Origin: the human T2T-CHM13v2.0 reference genome, Homo sapiens
Assembly (NCBI RefSeq): GCF_009914755.1
Contig: NC_060936.1
DNA: 64,000 nt
Strand: one strand, 5' to 3'
The notes beneath the pieces were generated by a model. It was not told the DNA's origin. It ran no database searches and worked only from the letters and a program-made list of their open reading frames with translations. Of the stretch, positions 1-28,335 are shown piece by piece. How positions within the stretch are numbered: the stretch's first letter is position 1; each line of letters begins with the position of its first letter. The translations under genes were made by a program, and so were the position numbers.

Positions 1-9521
<9,521 letters not shown>

Positions 9522-9844
9522 CTGTGAAGTTTTTTGAGATTAGGCTTCAAAATACCTCTTCAGAGTGTTAGGTTCTCTGGCTTTAAGGTAAATATTAATA
9601 TAGTTAAACTGGGGGAAGGGACATATGGGATTTCTTCCTGGTTCTTCAACAGGTTTTAGAATTTACTACAGGAGGTAGAGGAAAGTTAGTAGCTTTACTT
9701 AATGTAGTAAGCTCAAAGTCAAAACCCTGGCTAAACATGCAAAATTGGTTTCCTAATCCTTTTTTAGTCTTCTGTGTCTGAGGACTGTGTTAGGAGATTC
9801 AATACCTTCTCCCCACTCCAACATTCCTTTTCTGCAGGTCCAGA

Positions 9845-10766
9845 ATGGCTACAACAGTCCCTGATGGTTGCCGCAATGGCCTGAAATCCAAGTACTACAG
9901 ACTTTGTGATAAGGCTGAAGCTTGGGGCATCGTCCTAGAAACGGTGGCCACAGCCGGGGTTGTGACCTCGGTGGCCTTCATGCTCACTCTCCCGATCCTC
10001 GTCTGCAAGGTGCAGGACTCCAACAGGCGAAAAATGCTGCCTACTCAGTTTCTCTTCCTCCTGGGTGTGTTGGGCATCTTTGGCCTCACCTTCGCCTTCA
10101 TCATCGGACTGGACGGGAGCACAGGGCCCACACGCTTCTTCCTCTTTGGGATCCTCTTTTCCATCTGCTTCTCCTGCCTGCTGGCTCATGCTGTCAGTCT
10201 GACCAAGCTCGTCCGGGGGAGGAAGCCCCTTTCCCTGTTGGTGATTCTGGGTCTGGCCGTGGGCTTCAGCCTAGTCCAGGATGTTATCGCTATTGAATAT
10301 ATTGTCCTGACCATGAATAGGACCAACGTCAATGTCTTTTCTGAGCTTTCCGCTCCTCGTCGCAATGAAGACTTTGTCCTCCTGCTCACCTACGTCCTCT
10401 TCTTGATGGCGCTGACCTTCCTCATGTCCTCCTTCACCTTCTGTGGTTCCTTCACGGGCTGGAAGAGACATGGGGCCCACATCTACCTCACGATGCTCCT
10501 CTCCATTGCCATCTGGGTGGCCTGGATCACCCTGCTCATGCTTCCTGACTTTGACCGCAGGTGGGATGACACCATCCTCAGCTCCGCCTTGGCTGCCAAT
10601 GGCTGGGTGTTCCTGTTGGCTTATGTTAGTCCCGAGTTTTGGCTGCTCACAAAGCAACGAAACCCCATGGATTATCCTGTTGAGGATGCTTTCTGTAAAC
10701 CTCAACTCGTGAAGAAGAGCTATGGTGTGGAGAACAGAGCCTACTCTCAAGAGGAAATCACTCAAG
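9845..10766 (+). CDS. GPRC5A: GPRC5A (RAI3/RAIG1) coding exon 2: start codon, all seven TM helices and the proximal C-tail (codons 1-307 plus 1 nt)
   Basis: ORF MATTVPDGCRNGLKSKYYRLCD... matches human GPRC5A. Acceptor ccttttctgcag|G, exon starts 9838. Kozak ccagaATGg. Donor CAAG|gtacag after 10766 (phase 1). Confidence 0.98.
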
Positions 10767-11411
10767 GTACAGATGCAGCCTGGCTAGGCAGAGAATCCCT
10801 TGTAGAAAGGTGGGGGAGAATCATAGGATATTATAACTGTAAGGAACATGCAAGATTTTCCAGATTATACCCTTGATAGAATAGATAAGTTCCTTAAGGC
10901 TCAGATCTTGCTTAAAGTCGTCCAGCCTGTTAGAGACAAGTAGAACACGAAGCTGGCCTCTGGAGTCTTTATTGAGTACTTTGTACAATTGGTGTAGACT
11001 GGGAGAGCCCTCCTCACTTCCCCTTTCTTGTGCTGTAATTTCCTGTGGGGCAGAACACCTCAGAGGTTTCTGTGCATCAAAATAAGATGCAGCAAAGACA
11101 TGGAAAAAGGATAACGAGACAAATTCCCAGCAATAAGTAGATGAGGTTGTGTTTTTTATAAAAGATAACGAGGCATTCCTTCCAGAAATGTGGAGCCTTT
11201 GTAGATTTCAGTGCATAAAACCAAGCCATGATTTCCTGCAGTGATCACAGAGCAGAGAAGGGAGAAAGCCCTTTTATCACAAACCAGCAGGAAGTCTCTG
11301 TAAAATTGGTAAGGATTCTGGTTTAGTGTGAAGAACCACATTTTTTGTGTATGTTTCTGGGCCCATGGGAAGGAACAGATCATATTTGACATACAAGAAT
11401 CAAATGATTCA

Positions 11412-11557
11412 GGCCAGGCATGGTGGCTCACTCCTGTAATCCTAGCCCTCTGGGAGGCTGAGGTGGGAGGATTGCTTGAGCCCAGAAGTTTGAGACCAGC
11501 TTGGGCAAAATAGCAAGACTTCATCTCTATTTAAAAAAAAAAAAAAAAAAAAAAAAA
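11412..11557 (+). mobile_element. FLAM/Alu monomer with poly(A) tail and TSD
   Basis: TSD AAGAATCAAATGATT (11395) and AAGAATCAAGTGATT (11556). Confidence 0.9.
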
Positions 11558-12441
11558 GAATCAAGTGATTTTGCTCTTATCTGGAGTTGAGACAAGCCAG
11601 ATGTTCTCGTGTTGTTTTCATAAGCAAAAGAGGCTAAACTGATGGCCAGAAAGTACTCCTGCTCATAGGGACCTATTCATTGGTCTCCAGGGTTTACACT
11701 GACCTTTAAGTCTAATCACAGGGGGTGGGTGGTTTTGGGATAGGAATGAGGAACCTCCAAGGCCATGTTCTTAGCTCCAGCTAAAAATAGGTCTTTCCTT
11801 TGCTCTTAAGCCTGAGGTGTGGAACTTCCTGGTGCTACTCACTGCAGCTATGGTCCCTGTCTAGGGCACTTGGAAGTCTGAAGGGAGGCGGAGGAGGGCA
11901 GGAGGGGTTATTTAACCACCCAGCCCCTCCTGTCCGTTCCGTGGCTTCACTCCATCACCTCACTCCTGTACTTCCTGTTCTCATTCACTGATGAGTCTTC
12001 CTTCCTTCATTCATTTCAAGGGCCACTGTCAGCTTTCTCCCTTAAAATGCTTCTCTGGCCTCCATGCTTTGCTGCTCACTTTCCTCCCTGGGTCCCCTGA
12101 GCCACCCCATCCCATCAAATCCTTCCTGAGCCCTTCCACAGTTGGAACCAACAACCTCTGAAGCTTTGCTCGCAGTCCAGATGAACCAAGTCGCTGTGCT
12201 TTCCTGCCTGTGCCTGTGCTCCAGGTGTGTCTGTCCTCTGCCTGGTGTGACCATCTCCCTCTTCTGCCCTTCTCCAGGATCAGGCATTCCCCAGTTTCCC
12301 CTGGTAATCACTCCACCCTGTGCATCTGTAGGACTTTGAAATGCTCTTATCAGGGTCTGTCTCATTGCACTGTTATTTATGTACCTGTCATATGTTCCTT
12401 ACTCTCCAGTGTCAGCTGCAAGGAGGGATCATTCTGGTTAA

Positions 12442-13382
<941 letters not shown>

Positions 13383-13469
13383 CATGACTTTTCAAATGTG
13401 CTTTTGAAGTGGTCCTAGGATGAGGTGGGGCTCTGGTGAAGTTCTGAAAAGGGGCGTCCCTAGTCATCA

Positions 13470-13640
13470 TAGTTATTCATTCATTCAACCAATATTGTGT
13501 TTGCTTTGTGCCTGGTCCTAGGCTTGAGGACCTAGTCTCTGTCCCTCCAAGAAACTTAAGGTCTGCTGGAGAGACAGGCAATTAAATGGGCAAGATGTCA
13601 CACTGTGATAAGTGATACAATGGGGTGAACATAGGTGGGG
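13470..13640 (-). mobile_element. L2 3'-end remnant just upstream of GPRC5A exon 3 (other L2 ends near 6145-6220 and 12780-12840)
   Basis: ttcattcattcaac...tgtgcctgg...gtccctccaagaaacttaaggtct...ggagagacag signature. Confidence 0.55.
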
Positions 13641-13678
13641 GCCCCAGTGGTTTAATTTCTCCTGTTCCTCCATTTCAG

Positions 13679-13737
13679 GTTTTGAAGAGACAGGGGACAC
13701 GCTCTATGCCCCCTATTCCACACATTTTCAGCTGCAG
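13679..13737 (+). CDS. GPRC5A: GPRC5A coding exon 3 (59 nt; GFEETGDTLYAPYSTHFQLQ)
   Basis: Acceptor ctccatttcag|GT and donor CAG|gtaagt. Continues the frame from exon 2 and encodes Y317/Y320. Confidence 0.97.
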
Positions 13738-14041
13738 GTAAGTGATTTTTTTCTCCCTCTTCATCAAAGGCATTAGCACCTCAGGAACACTGATCCTTTG
13801 GAAACAGACGATGTTACCTTTCTCATGGCCCCTAGATGGCCACTTGAAGGAATGATGGGTCTTCTTTCCTCTAAGCGGCCTCACGGGGTTAGTGGGTAAG
13901 AATGAGTGCTTGGCATAGAGAGGACTTGGGGGTGGGAGGCCTGGGAGAAAGGGAAGGAAATGAGACTTCTGCCCAGACTGGAGACCTGTTGAAATGGCAG
14001 GAACTGGAGTGGGTTTCACGATATGACTGTTTCCTTTTCAG

Positions 14042-14134
14042 AACCAGCCTCCCCAAAAGGAATTCTCCATCCCACGGGCCCACGCTTGGCCGAGCCCTTA
14101 CAAAGACTATGAAGTAAAGAAAGAGGGCAGCTAA
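14042..14134 (+). CDS. GPRC5A: GPRC5A last coding exon (NQPPQKEFSIPRAHAWPSPYKDYEVKKEGS*); spliced protein 357 aa
   Basis: Acceptor ttccttttcag|AAC, TAA at 14132-14134. 922+59+93 nt = 357 codons plus stop. Confidence 0.97.
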   Translation, partial: NQPPQKEFSIPRAHAWPSPYKDYEVKKEGS

Positions 14135-14417
14135 CTCTGTCCTGAAGAGTGGGACAAATGCAGCCGGGCGGCAGATCTAGCGGGAGCTCAAAGGGATGTG
14201 GGCGAAATCTTGAGTCTTCTGAGAAAACTGTACAAGACACTACGGGAACAGTTTGCCTCCCTCCCAGCCTCAACCACAATTCTTCCATGCTGGGGCTGAT
14301 GTGGGCTAGTAAGACTCCAGTTCTTAGAGGCGCTGTAGTATTTTTTTTTTTTTGTCTCATCCTTTGGATACTTCTTTTAAGTGGGAGTCTCAGGCAACTC
14401 AAGTTTAGACCCTTACT

Positions 14418-17426
<3,009 letters not shown>

Positions 17427-17439
17427 CCGTTGTTTCCCT

Positions 17440-17529
17440 TCTAAGAAACGCAGTGGTCTCTGAAGCCTGCAGGGGCAGGCCAGCCCTGCACTGAACGCCT
17501 GTTCTTGCCAGGTGGCAGAAGGTTGCTGC
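17440..17529 (+). ncRNA. MIR614: pre-miR-614 hairpin (mature 17493-17515, GAACGCCTGTTCTTGCCAGGTGG)
   Basis: Recognised as hsa-mir-614. The 5' arm CCTGCAGGGGCAGGC pairs with GCCTGTTCTTGCCAGG. Confidence 0.88.
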
Positions 17530-18011
17530 TCATTTGAGCAGTACCTGTCACCCCTCCTCCCACTGCTGCGGCTGTTAACTCATCTTCAGGTCTCACACCT
17601 TCTGCACATAAATAAGCTATTTTTAAAAGTTATTATTTTTTTACTCTTTCTTTTCTTTGGAGAGGGTACCAAAGGATAGCTGTTCTGTTTAAGTAGGGAC
17701 CTCTCATGGCCTACAGGCTTTGACATCTGAGAATCAAACTGGAGAACATTCCGAAGCCGTTCTTATAAGTGTCTCCATCTCTACCTGGGCTGAAATGGAA
17801 TGTGCAAATGTAGCCCAGCCTGGTCCTTGGGTGTTGCCAGTTGATTGATGACTGGGAGCCAAAGTGGCATCTCCTTTGACCTAAACGGGCGATGATGAAA
17901 TAAAACTCAACAGCCTTTCTCTCATCTTGCATTGTGAGATGCGAAATAGAGCGTGTCTCTCTGCCTCTCATTTTAGGCTGAGGCCGTCCAAAGCGGCCAT
18001 GCCCCATGTTT

Positions 18012-18026
18012 CCACTAGATGGCGCT
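18012..18026 (+). promoter_or_regulatory. CTCF-binding motif
   Basis: CCACTAGATGGCGCT is a near-perfect match to CCASYAGRKGGCRS and contains a CpG. Confidence 0.7.
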
Positions 18027-18821
18027 GACACTTCAGGCATCAACCCTCATGGCCTCTCAGCCTTGCAAAGGCAGCCACTTAAAGTCGGTGTCCTGTGTGG
18101 GGCACCAAGCTGAGCTGCAGACACCCAGTAGGCGCGAGGCAAATGCGTCCCATTTTAAGAGGCTTGTATTTATGAGCTCTTTGCTTCCTCCCTCCCACTA
18201 ACTTTAAAGAATTGCTCTCCATCTCCTTTGGCAAAGTTCCTTTGCCCTTTGTCTTATTTTTGTGAAACCCTCCAAGGTATTTCCAGTCCATTTGCATCCA
18301 ATCTGGCATCTTTACGGAGAGCGGTCTCATATGCTATTGTTGTTAACGTGGACTAGTATTTATGTGTTGAGAACACTGGCTGTTTGTCAGGAAAAGTGTG
18401 CCAAAACAAAGAGTACGGCCGGCCCTGGAAATGCATCAGCAAAACCCATTTCCCCCGTGCACTCATTCTGAGCTTCCTTCCTTCATTTCTGTCATTACTG
18501 CTGAGAACTGGACTGTGCCCAGCTGACCTTTCCCTTCCTTGCCCTCATCTTGCTGCCAGGGTCTGCAGGTTTGCCACCGTCCCGGCCCCAGTCTGAAACA
18601 TGGGATTATTTCAGAATTGGAGGTGGCAGCTTCAGAAAAAAATCCTTCTCGTGTGTTGACTGCTGAGATCCAGGAACTGGGAAATCAACCCCCAGTTTGT
18701 AGATTGCTCTCTTTGGAAATTCTGTGGCCCAACCTCGTGGCTGTTTTCTGGAATTCCTTCTATCGGGGCAGACAGTGCTGTGCCTTTCTTGACTTCAGGA
18801 TGTTCCAAGGATGCTGCTGGA

Positions 18822-18823
<2 letters not shown>

Positions 18824-18865
<42 letters not shown>

Positions 18866-18882
18866 CGTGCGTGTATGTGCGC
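18824..18882 (+). repeat. (TG)19 plus (CGTG)n alternating purine-pyrimidine tract
   Basis: Read directly from the sequence. Confidence 0.97.
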
Positions 18883-19526
18883 CTGACCCTGATTTCTGCA
18901 ACCTCCAGATTTCTTTCTTGACCCTTCAAAGTGGAACAGTCCAGTGCCAAAAATTTTAGAGTTTGAGAAGGTCACAGAAATCCTCTAGTTGGTGCCTCCA
19001 CAGTCTTCATTTTACAGAGGAACTCAGGGCTAATGGAGTTAATGCAACTAGATCAGGGTTTTGGGTCTGTGTTCTTTCTACCGTCAGCACCTGTGTGGTC
19101 AATTCTGGACACTTCCCAGAGAAGTCTTTGAGTAGAGAATCCTACTCAAATTTCACTGTATATTTTAAGCATTCCTCTCCTTTCCCTTTGCCTCCCCTGT
19201 TGCCTTTTCTTCCCCTGATTTCTCCTCTGGTCATCTCCTCTCCCTTCTGCGTGTAAGCCATGGGAAAGGGATGAGGGAGGACAGCTTCTGGTTAAACACA
19301 GGTCCCTCTTCCACATCAAATGAACATTGGCTTCCTGGGACAGAAGGCCTTCAAAGGAGGGATTGCAAAGCAAGGCAAAGCGTTCTGTCTTCATTTTCCC
19401 CATCCCCATGAGACAAGACTGATGGAAAGGGTGGTGGGGCAACACTGCTTAATGGATGCCTTTTCACATCATTTCAGTTTTTAGCCCTCATGACTGTATT
19501 TTCTAATCAGAGACAATAACATTTTA

Positions 19527-19532
19527 AATAAA
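19527..19532 (+). terminator. Distal poly(A) signal of GPRC5A
   Basis: AATAAA with upstream TGTA (19495) and downstream U/GU-rich tttgttgtttt (~19567). Confidence 0.75.
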
Positions 19533-19876
19533 ACAACGACAAAGAAGTCTGAGTCAGGTGGTAAAATTTGTTGTTTTCAAGCACCATCTTTTGATATACT
19601 TGGTTTCATATCATAATGTATTCAAGGTTTCAACCGGTTCTTACATGCTCCCCTTTACTGAGATTTTCTTTTTCTAAAAAAAAAATTTAAAAAATTTTAA
19701 AAGTAATTTTTTTTTCTTTTGGGATAGGGTCTTTCTCTGTCACTCAGCCTGGAGTGCAGTGGTGCGATCACGGCTCACTGTAGTCTCGACATCCTGGGCT
19801 CAGGTGGTCCTCTTGCCTCGGCCTTCTGAGTACTGGCTGGGACCACAGGTGCACACCACCACACATGGTTAATTAA

Positions 19877-20122
<246 letters not shown>

Positions 20123-20231
20123 TAAGACAGGGTCTTGCTTTGTCGCCTAGGCTGGAGTGTAGTGCTGTGATCTCAGCTCACTGCAACCTGCATTTCCTGA
20201 GCTCAAGCGATCCTCCCACTCTGCCTCCTAA

Positions 20232-20417
<186 letters not shown>

Positions 20418-21060
20418 TGAATTCCTATTCACTTGTTTGTGTTATTGATTCCTTCAACTTCCCTGAGGCCCATAGTGAGCCAAAAACCCACACCCATCCC
20501 CCTTCTTTCTCTTTGCATGGAATTCTGGCTCCCTTCAGGGAGTAAGTGCCACACCTGGAAGAGCCCTCCCTCCCCGTGCAGCTTCTGAGAGCAGGTGCAG
20601 AGGTAGTCCTTGGAGATCCGTGCAGACAACTTGTGTTTGTAATGACTCAGCCAAGATGTTTGTCCCGAGCCCAGTGATTCAATCCAAGTCCAATCCAATC
20701 GTGGTCTTCAGCAGAAAAGAAATGACATGTTAGTGAAATTTAGTTGCGGCATATGCCACACCAAATTGCCTGGTTCCAGTTGCTTCTAGTGCAACCCCCT
20801 TCCATGTGATGATCTGTCAATCCTGCTGGGTTTGTATCAACTCAACTCAGAAAACTCCTCTGACAAGCCCATGTAGCCATGCTGTGAGCTCTGGGACGTG
20901 ATTGTAGGGGCTAGCACCATGTTTCCTGACTACCACCTTTCTCTTTCTAAGAAGAAATGCTTCCAGGCCAACTTTTTTTTTTCCCCCACCAGGAATTGAA
21001 AGAGAAAAAGCACGTGCCAATTTTTAGCATGATTTCTTTTCTTTTTCTTTTTTTTTTTGA

Positions 21061-21337
<277 letters not shown>

Positions 21338-21399
21338 TGACCAGCATGATATCTTATGAACAATGGAAAAAAGCAGAGATCATGATAATAGAGTTAGAT

Positions 21400-22360
<961 letters not shown>

Positions 22361-22426
22361 TAAAGTGCTGGGATTACAGGCGTGAGCCACTGTGCCCGGC
22401 CTAAGCACTTTAGATGTATAATATAA

Positions 22427-22817
<391 letters not shown>

Positions 22818-24360
22818 TAGGTAACACCGAAGGCAACACAGCTGTCAAGTGATTGACTGGGAGCCAGGGTGGGGTGGGGTGCCTCCAGATTTCTTATCCA
22901 TAACTCCCTGCTGCCTCCCAACCGTCTTTAATAACGATTGCCTAACAGGTGGCTCTGTGGTTAGAAATTTTAGGCAAGCAGATTCCAGAAGAGCTTCCTG
23001 CAAAATAGCGGGTCCTCTCTTGGCTGGTGATGTTTAAGCTCAATGAACTAATCAGTTCAATGCTATTCAAATAGCATGCGCTCCATTCCTAAGGCAACTT
23101 GCATTCTAAAGCAAAGTTATGAAGCAGAGAATTGTCTTGTAACACACAACTACCAATGACATCCAATAATAACACTTATTAAAAGGTGAGGACACATCCT
23201 CCAGCTCTGCTGGGGACAATGTGGGGAATTCTGTCTGGAGCAAGGCCTTCGATAAGCTTGAGGCAGCTTGTAACTCTTAGCGTTTAGACTTTCACTGGCT
23301 GAGTTGTTATTCTTCATATTTGAATCTAAGAGCCATGGAGAGTTCTTAGATTGTTAGTTTTCCTGGACAGTTTTCTTTCCCTATACCTCCAACCCAAACA
23401 CTTCCTTTGCCCTTCAGGTGAAAATGGAAATGCTCTTCACTCTTGGGATGGGCCCTCACCTTTTAGTAAGTGTTATGGTTGGGTGTCGATTAAAATTAAG
23501 GGGGCTGTGTGTTGCAGGACTACTCCCTTGTTCAGAGCCTTGCTTTAGAATGGGAGCTGCCACGGGAACAGAGCTCATGCTATGTTAATATGACTTTATT
23601 GCGGACACGGTGATGATCTAAAATCCTTTGCAAAGGCACTTGAATTTTGTAAACACCACTGTGTTCTCCCACTCCAGATACATGTAGTCAATGTCTGAAC
23701 TATTGCTTGATTTCGTTCTTTAGACAAAAACTACTGTCTTTTTAAGAAAAAAAAAAAAAAAAAAAAAAAAAAACAAAAAAACAAAAAACTACTCCACGTT
23801 GTCTTTGAGGGTGATTAATTGCATAAGAAAGAACCCCATGATTCGTGTTACTCAGCAGAATCAAAAAGGCTTGTGCATTGTACTTGGGTAGCATGAGTTT
23901 AGTCATCTGAATCACAAACCCATGACCTCTGGATACTTGGGAGCCAGAATGAGGGCCCAAGGGAGCATCTGACTGTACTGAATTAGAGGGAGGCAGAGGA
24001 AGGGGTGGGGTGCCAGGGCTTCCTTGGGAAGAAAGCGTCAGAGTGAGGGTGAGGGGATGGGGAGTGAGAGCTGATAAGTAGGAGGAAGAGTTGTAAAATC
24101 AGAGGCCTGGCAAAGTAATGAAGATAAAAGAATGTTACACTAAAGTTAAAATTAAGGACTTAAGAATCAGGAATTTGGCCGGGTGCAGTGGCTCGTACCT
24201 GTAATGCCAGCACTGTGGGAGGCCGAGGCGGGCAGATCACGAGGTCAGGAGTTCGAGACCAACCTGACCAACATGGTGAAACCTTGTCTCTATTAAAAAT
24301 ACAAAAAATTAGCCAGGCGTGGTGGCATGCGCCTGGAATCCCAGCTACTCAGGAGGCTCA

Positions 24361-24459
<99 letters not shown>

Positions 24460-24890
24460 TCAAAAAAAAAAAAAAAAAAAAAAGAGAATCAGGAATTCAG
24501 GAAAATATTGTTACAATTCCCAAAGGGTCAGACCTGTGTGTGAAATTGGGCAGATGGGTTTGACCTCATCATAGAACGTCATTCCAGTTTTTCCTCTACG
24601 TTTCTAGAACGCCCTGGCTTCATGAAAGACGGGGGACAAGGTGAGGAGGAGCAGCCTGCTAAATGCACAGAACCCGGCATGCTCAGAGATGGTTCTTTTG
24701 ATTATGTTGGCCGTCCCCTCCCCGCCCCCAAGGCCCTGGCCAAGTCCTCTGTCCTTTCCTTTCTCTGACAAACCTGGCGGCAGTGCCAGAAACAATGAAT
24801 TGATGAATTGGTACCTGTATATTTTTCCCAGATCATCAGGGCTACAGTCTGCATGCATGGGTGTTGCATTTAACTTTAAAAGAAAACTAG

Positions 24891-25221
<331 letters not shown>

Positions 25222-25315
25222 TAGCGAGCTTGGTCCCAATCTCCTGACCTTGTGATCCGCCCGCCTCGGCCTCCCAAAGTGCTGGGATTACAGGCATGAG
25301 CCACCGTGCCCGGCC

Positions 25316-25566
25316 TCTCTTCTCTTTCCTTTTCTTTCTCTCTTTCTCTCTTTCTTTCTCTCTTTCTCTCTTTCTTTCTCTCTCTTTCTCTCTTTCTCTT
25401 TCTTTCTTTTCTTTTCTTTCCTTCCTTCCTTCCTTCCTTCCTTCCTTCCTTCCTTCCTTCCTTTTCTTTCTTCCCTCCCTCCTTCCTTCCTTCCTTCCTT
25501 CCTTCCTTTCCTTCCTTCCTTCCTTCCTTCCTTCCTTCCTTCCTTCCTTCCTTCCTTCTTTCTTTT

Positions 25567-25635
<69 letters not shown>

Positions 25636-25660
25636 TTTTTCTTTCTTTTCTTTCTTGTCT
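25316..25660. repeat. Compound (TC)/(TTTC)/(TTCC) polypyrimidine microsatellite
   Basis: Includes (TTCC)11 at 25418-25461 and (TTCC)12 at 25508-25555. Confidence 0.95.
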
Positions 25661-26266
25661 TGCCCTGTCACCCAGGCTGGGCAATCTACCTGCCCTAGGC
25701 TTCTGAGTAACTTGGACTACAGGTGTGCACCATCACACCTAGCTTTTTTTGATTTTTTATAGAGATGGCGGGGGTGGGGGGGCTCTCTCTATGTTGCCCA
25801 GGCTGGTCTTGAACTCCCAAGCTCAAGCAGTCCTTCTGCCTTGGCCTCCCAAAGTGCTGAGATTACAGGTGTCAGTCACCATGGCTGGCTGTGGAGAAGC
25901 TTTCATGCTCCCCAGACATCTTCTTCAGTAGTCTGTGAGAATCTCAGAAATTCCTGGTATGTGTGGGGTACCGGCTGGTGGCTGTGTGTACAGACACACC
26001 CACACATCCACCCACATCCATGTCCACTCCTGTATACACCAATTGGCCGTAAGCCTAAGGTATGGAGAGTCATTTCTACACGTGAGATGAAACCAGTGCC
26101 CTTGCCTCCTATCACCGTATGTGTATGTGCACACTGTCATGCCAAATAAAACACATTTCCATTCAAGGCAGTAGCAAAACAGGGTTGCCGATTGTGTGGC
26201 TGAAAAGCAGTGCATGTCACCAACTGTCCCTAACTCACGGTGAGTGATCCATCCCTGTGACCTTGA

Positions 26267-26615
<349 letters not shown>

Positions 26616-27456
26616 TAGTAGAGACGGGGTTTCACTATGTTGGCCAGGCTGATCTCCAACTCTTGATCTGCTCACTTCAGCCTCCCAAAGTGCTGGGATT
26701 ACAGGCGTGAGCCACCGTGCCCGGCTAGAGCAGGCAGTTTAATGCTGGGCTCCCATAGTGGTAAGTCTTCAGGGTACTGAAATTTCGAATTTAGATTTAT
26801 TTGTTGGTTTGTGTGTTTTTCTCTATTATATAGGCTTTAGAAGGACAGAAATTTGTTCTGTTTTTCTCAGTATTCCCTGAGCCTAGGACAGTGCCTGTAC
26901 ACATGGGTAAAATGAATAAACTTTTTGGGAGAAGGGTATTTTTTTTTCTTTTGTCACAGGCTAATTAGAATGATGTCCTTTCACTCAGAGAACACAGCCC
27001 TCAGGTTCTTCTCTTGTCTATTCTGGTGTCTTGAATGCCAATTTGTCTTCAAATAATTTTGATGAATTTCAGCTGATCAACCATCAGATTTTTGTGTGTG
27101 TTTCCATATAAGAACACTTAAATCCAGTGTGATAAAAGCAACTTACAAGCCCGAGGCTTGGAAGAAAGGAAAGGAATTTTTTACTTCTTGGGCTGAATAC
27201 ATTTCATCACATCCCAATTTATTTCCCTGAGGCTTTTCTTTGTCAAGCTTGGGAAAGTGCTGTTTCCTAGGAGAACCACACAAGAACAAACTTTAAATAT
27301 GAGAAAAGAGAAAAGCACACCCCAAAGCAAAACAAAACAAAAAAAACCCCCAAAAACAATAAGAGAAGCATTTTAGATGGATTTTCTCCAAAGATCGATT
27401 GCATTGTGTTCCAAACGCATTTCTTTTCTTTCTTTTTTAAATTTTTTTTGAGATGA

Positions 27457-27603
<147 letters not shown>

Positions 27604-28169
27604 TAGTAGAGATGGGGTTTCACCACGTTGGCTAGGCTGGTCTCAAACTCCTGACCTCAAGTGATCCACCCGCCTCAGCCTCCCAAAGTGCTGGGATTAC
27701 AGGCGTGAGTCACTGTGCCCAGTGTAAAGTGCATTTCTTTTCTAAACTGACTTGAACCAAAATGGATGAACAAGGACCCTTCAGATGATATACACCAAAC
27801 TGGAAACAGATGAGAATGCCAGCAAATGGGCTCAGGAGGAATTTATCTTCTTGAATTTTCAGGCATAAGCTGATTTTGACAATGTTTTCTCTTACAAAAA
27901 CAGGGTGAGCGTGTTCTGGATGGAGGCTGGGTGGGAACCCCAGGTCAGAGCAGATGTGGAACTGGGGCATGGGGAAGACTATACCCCAAAGAGGTGGGGG
28001 TGGGGAAGAAGATGAAAAGTGAAAGACGAATGTTCCCAGGGGCAGGAATTCATAAACTTTTTCCATTGATTCTGCCCTCTCAAGCCAATCACTTTCTGCC
28101 TTTTTGGACCAAATTGGGAAAGCCTGGACAGTCTGCTACAAACCAGACCAGAGCCTTTCCTTGTCAACA

Positions 28170-28335
28170 GAGCAGCGCTTCCTAAACTTATACTGCGTTA
28201 AAAATCACATGGGAATTTGTTAAAAATGCAGTGTCTGGAGGCCTCCTAGAGGTTCTGATTTAGTTGGTCTGAGTCAGGGTCCAAGAATTTGTATCCAGAG
28301 CAAGTATCCCGGCGATTCTTCTGCTTGGACAGGGT
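28170..28335. mobile_element. MER5-type hAT MITE
   Basis: aatcacatgggaatttgttaaaaatgcag...ttctgatttagttggtctg...ccaagaatttgtat signature. Confidence 0.65.

Noticed and set aside
10271-10765. 164-aa antisense ORF over GPRC5A exon 2
   Set aside because: Shadow of the sense coding sequence with no independent promoter, splice or homology evidence.
9845-10876. 343-aa ORF taken as the main GPRC5A product
   Set aside because: It runs past the donor at 10766. The canonical protein is the spliced 357-aa form, so the ORF is kept only as a possible isoform. The same applies to the 323-aa GPRC5D ORF.
23610-23698. GTGATGA ... CTGA about 90 nt apart, like a box C/D snoRNA
   Set aside because: No terminal stem, no recognisable rRNA or snRNA guide, and no evident host intron.
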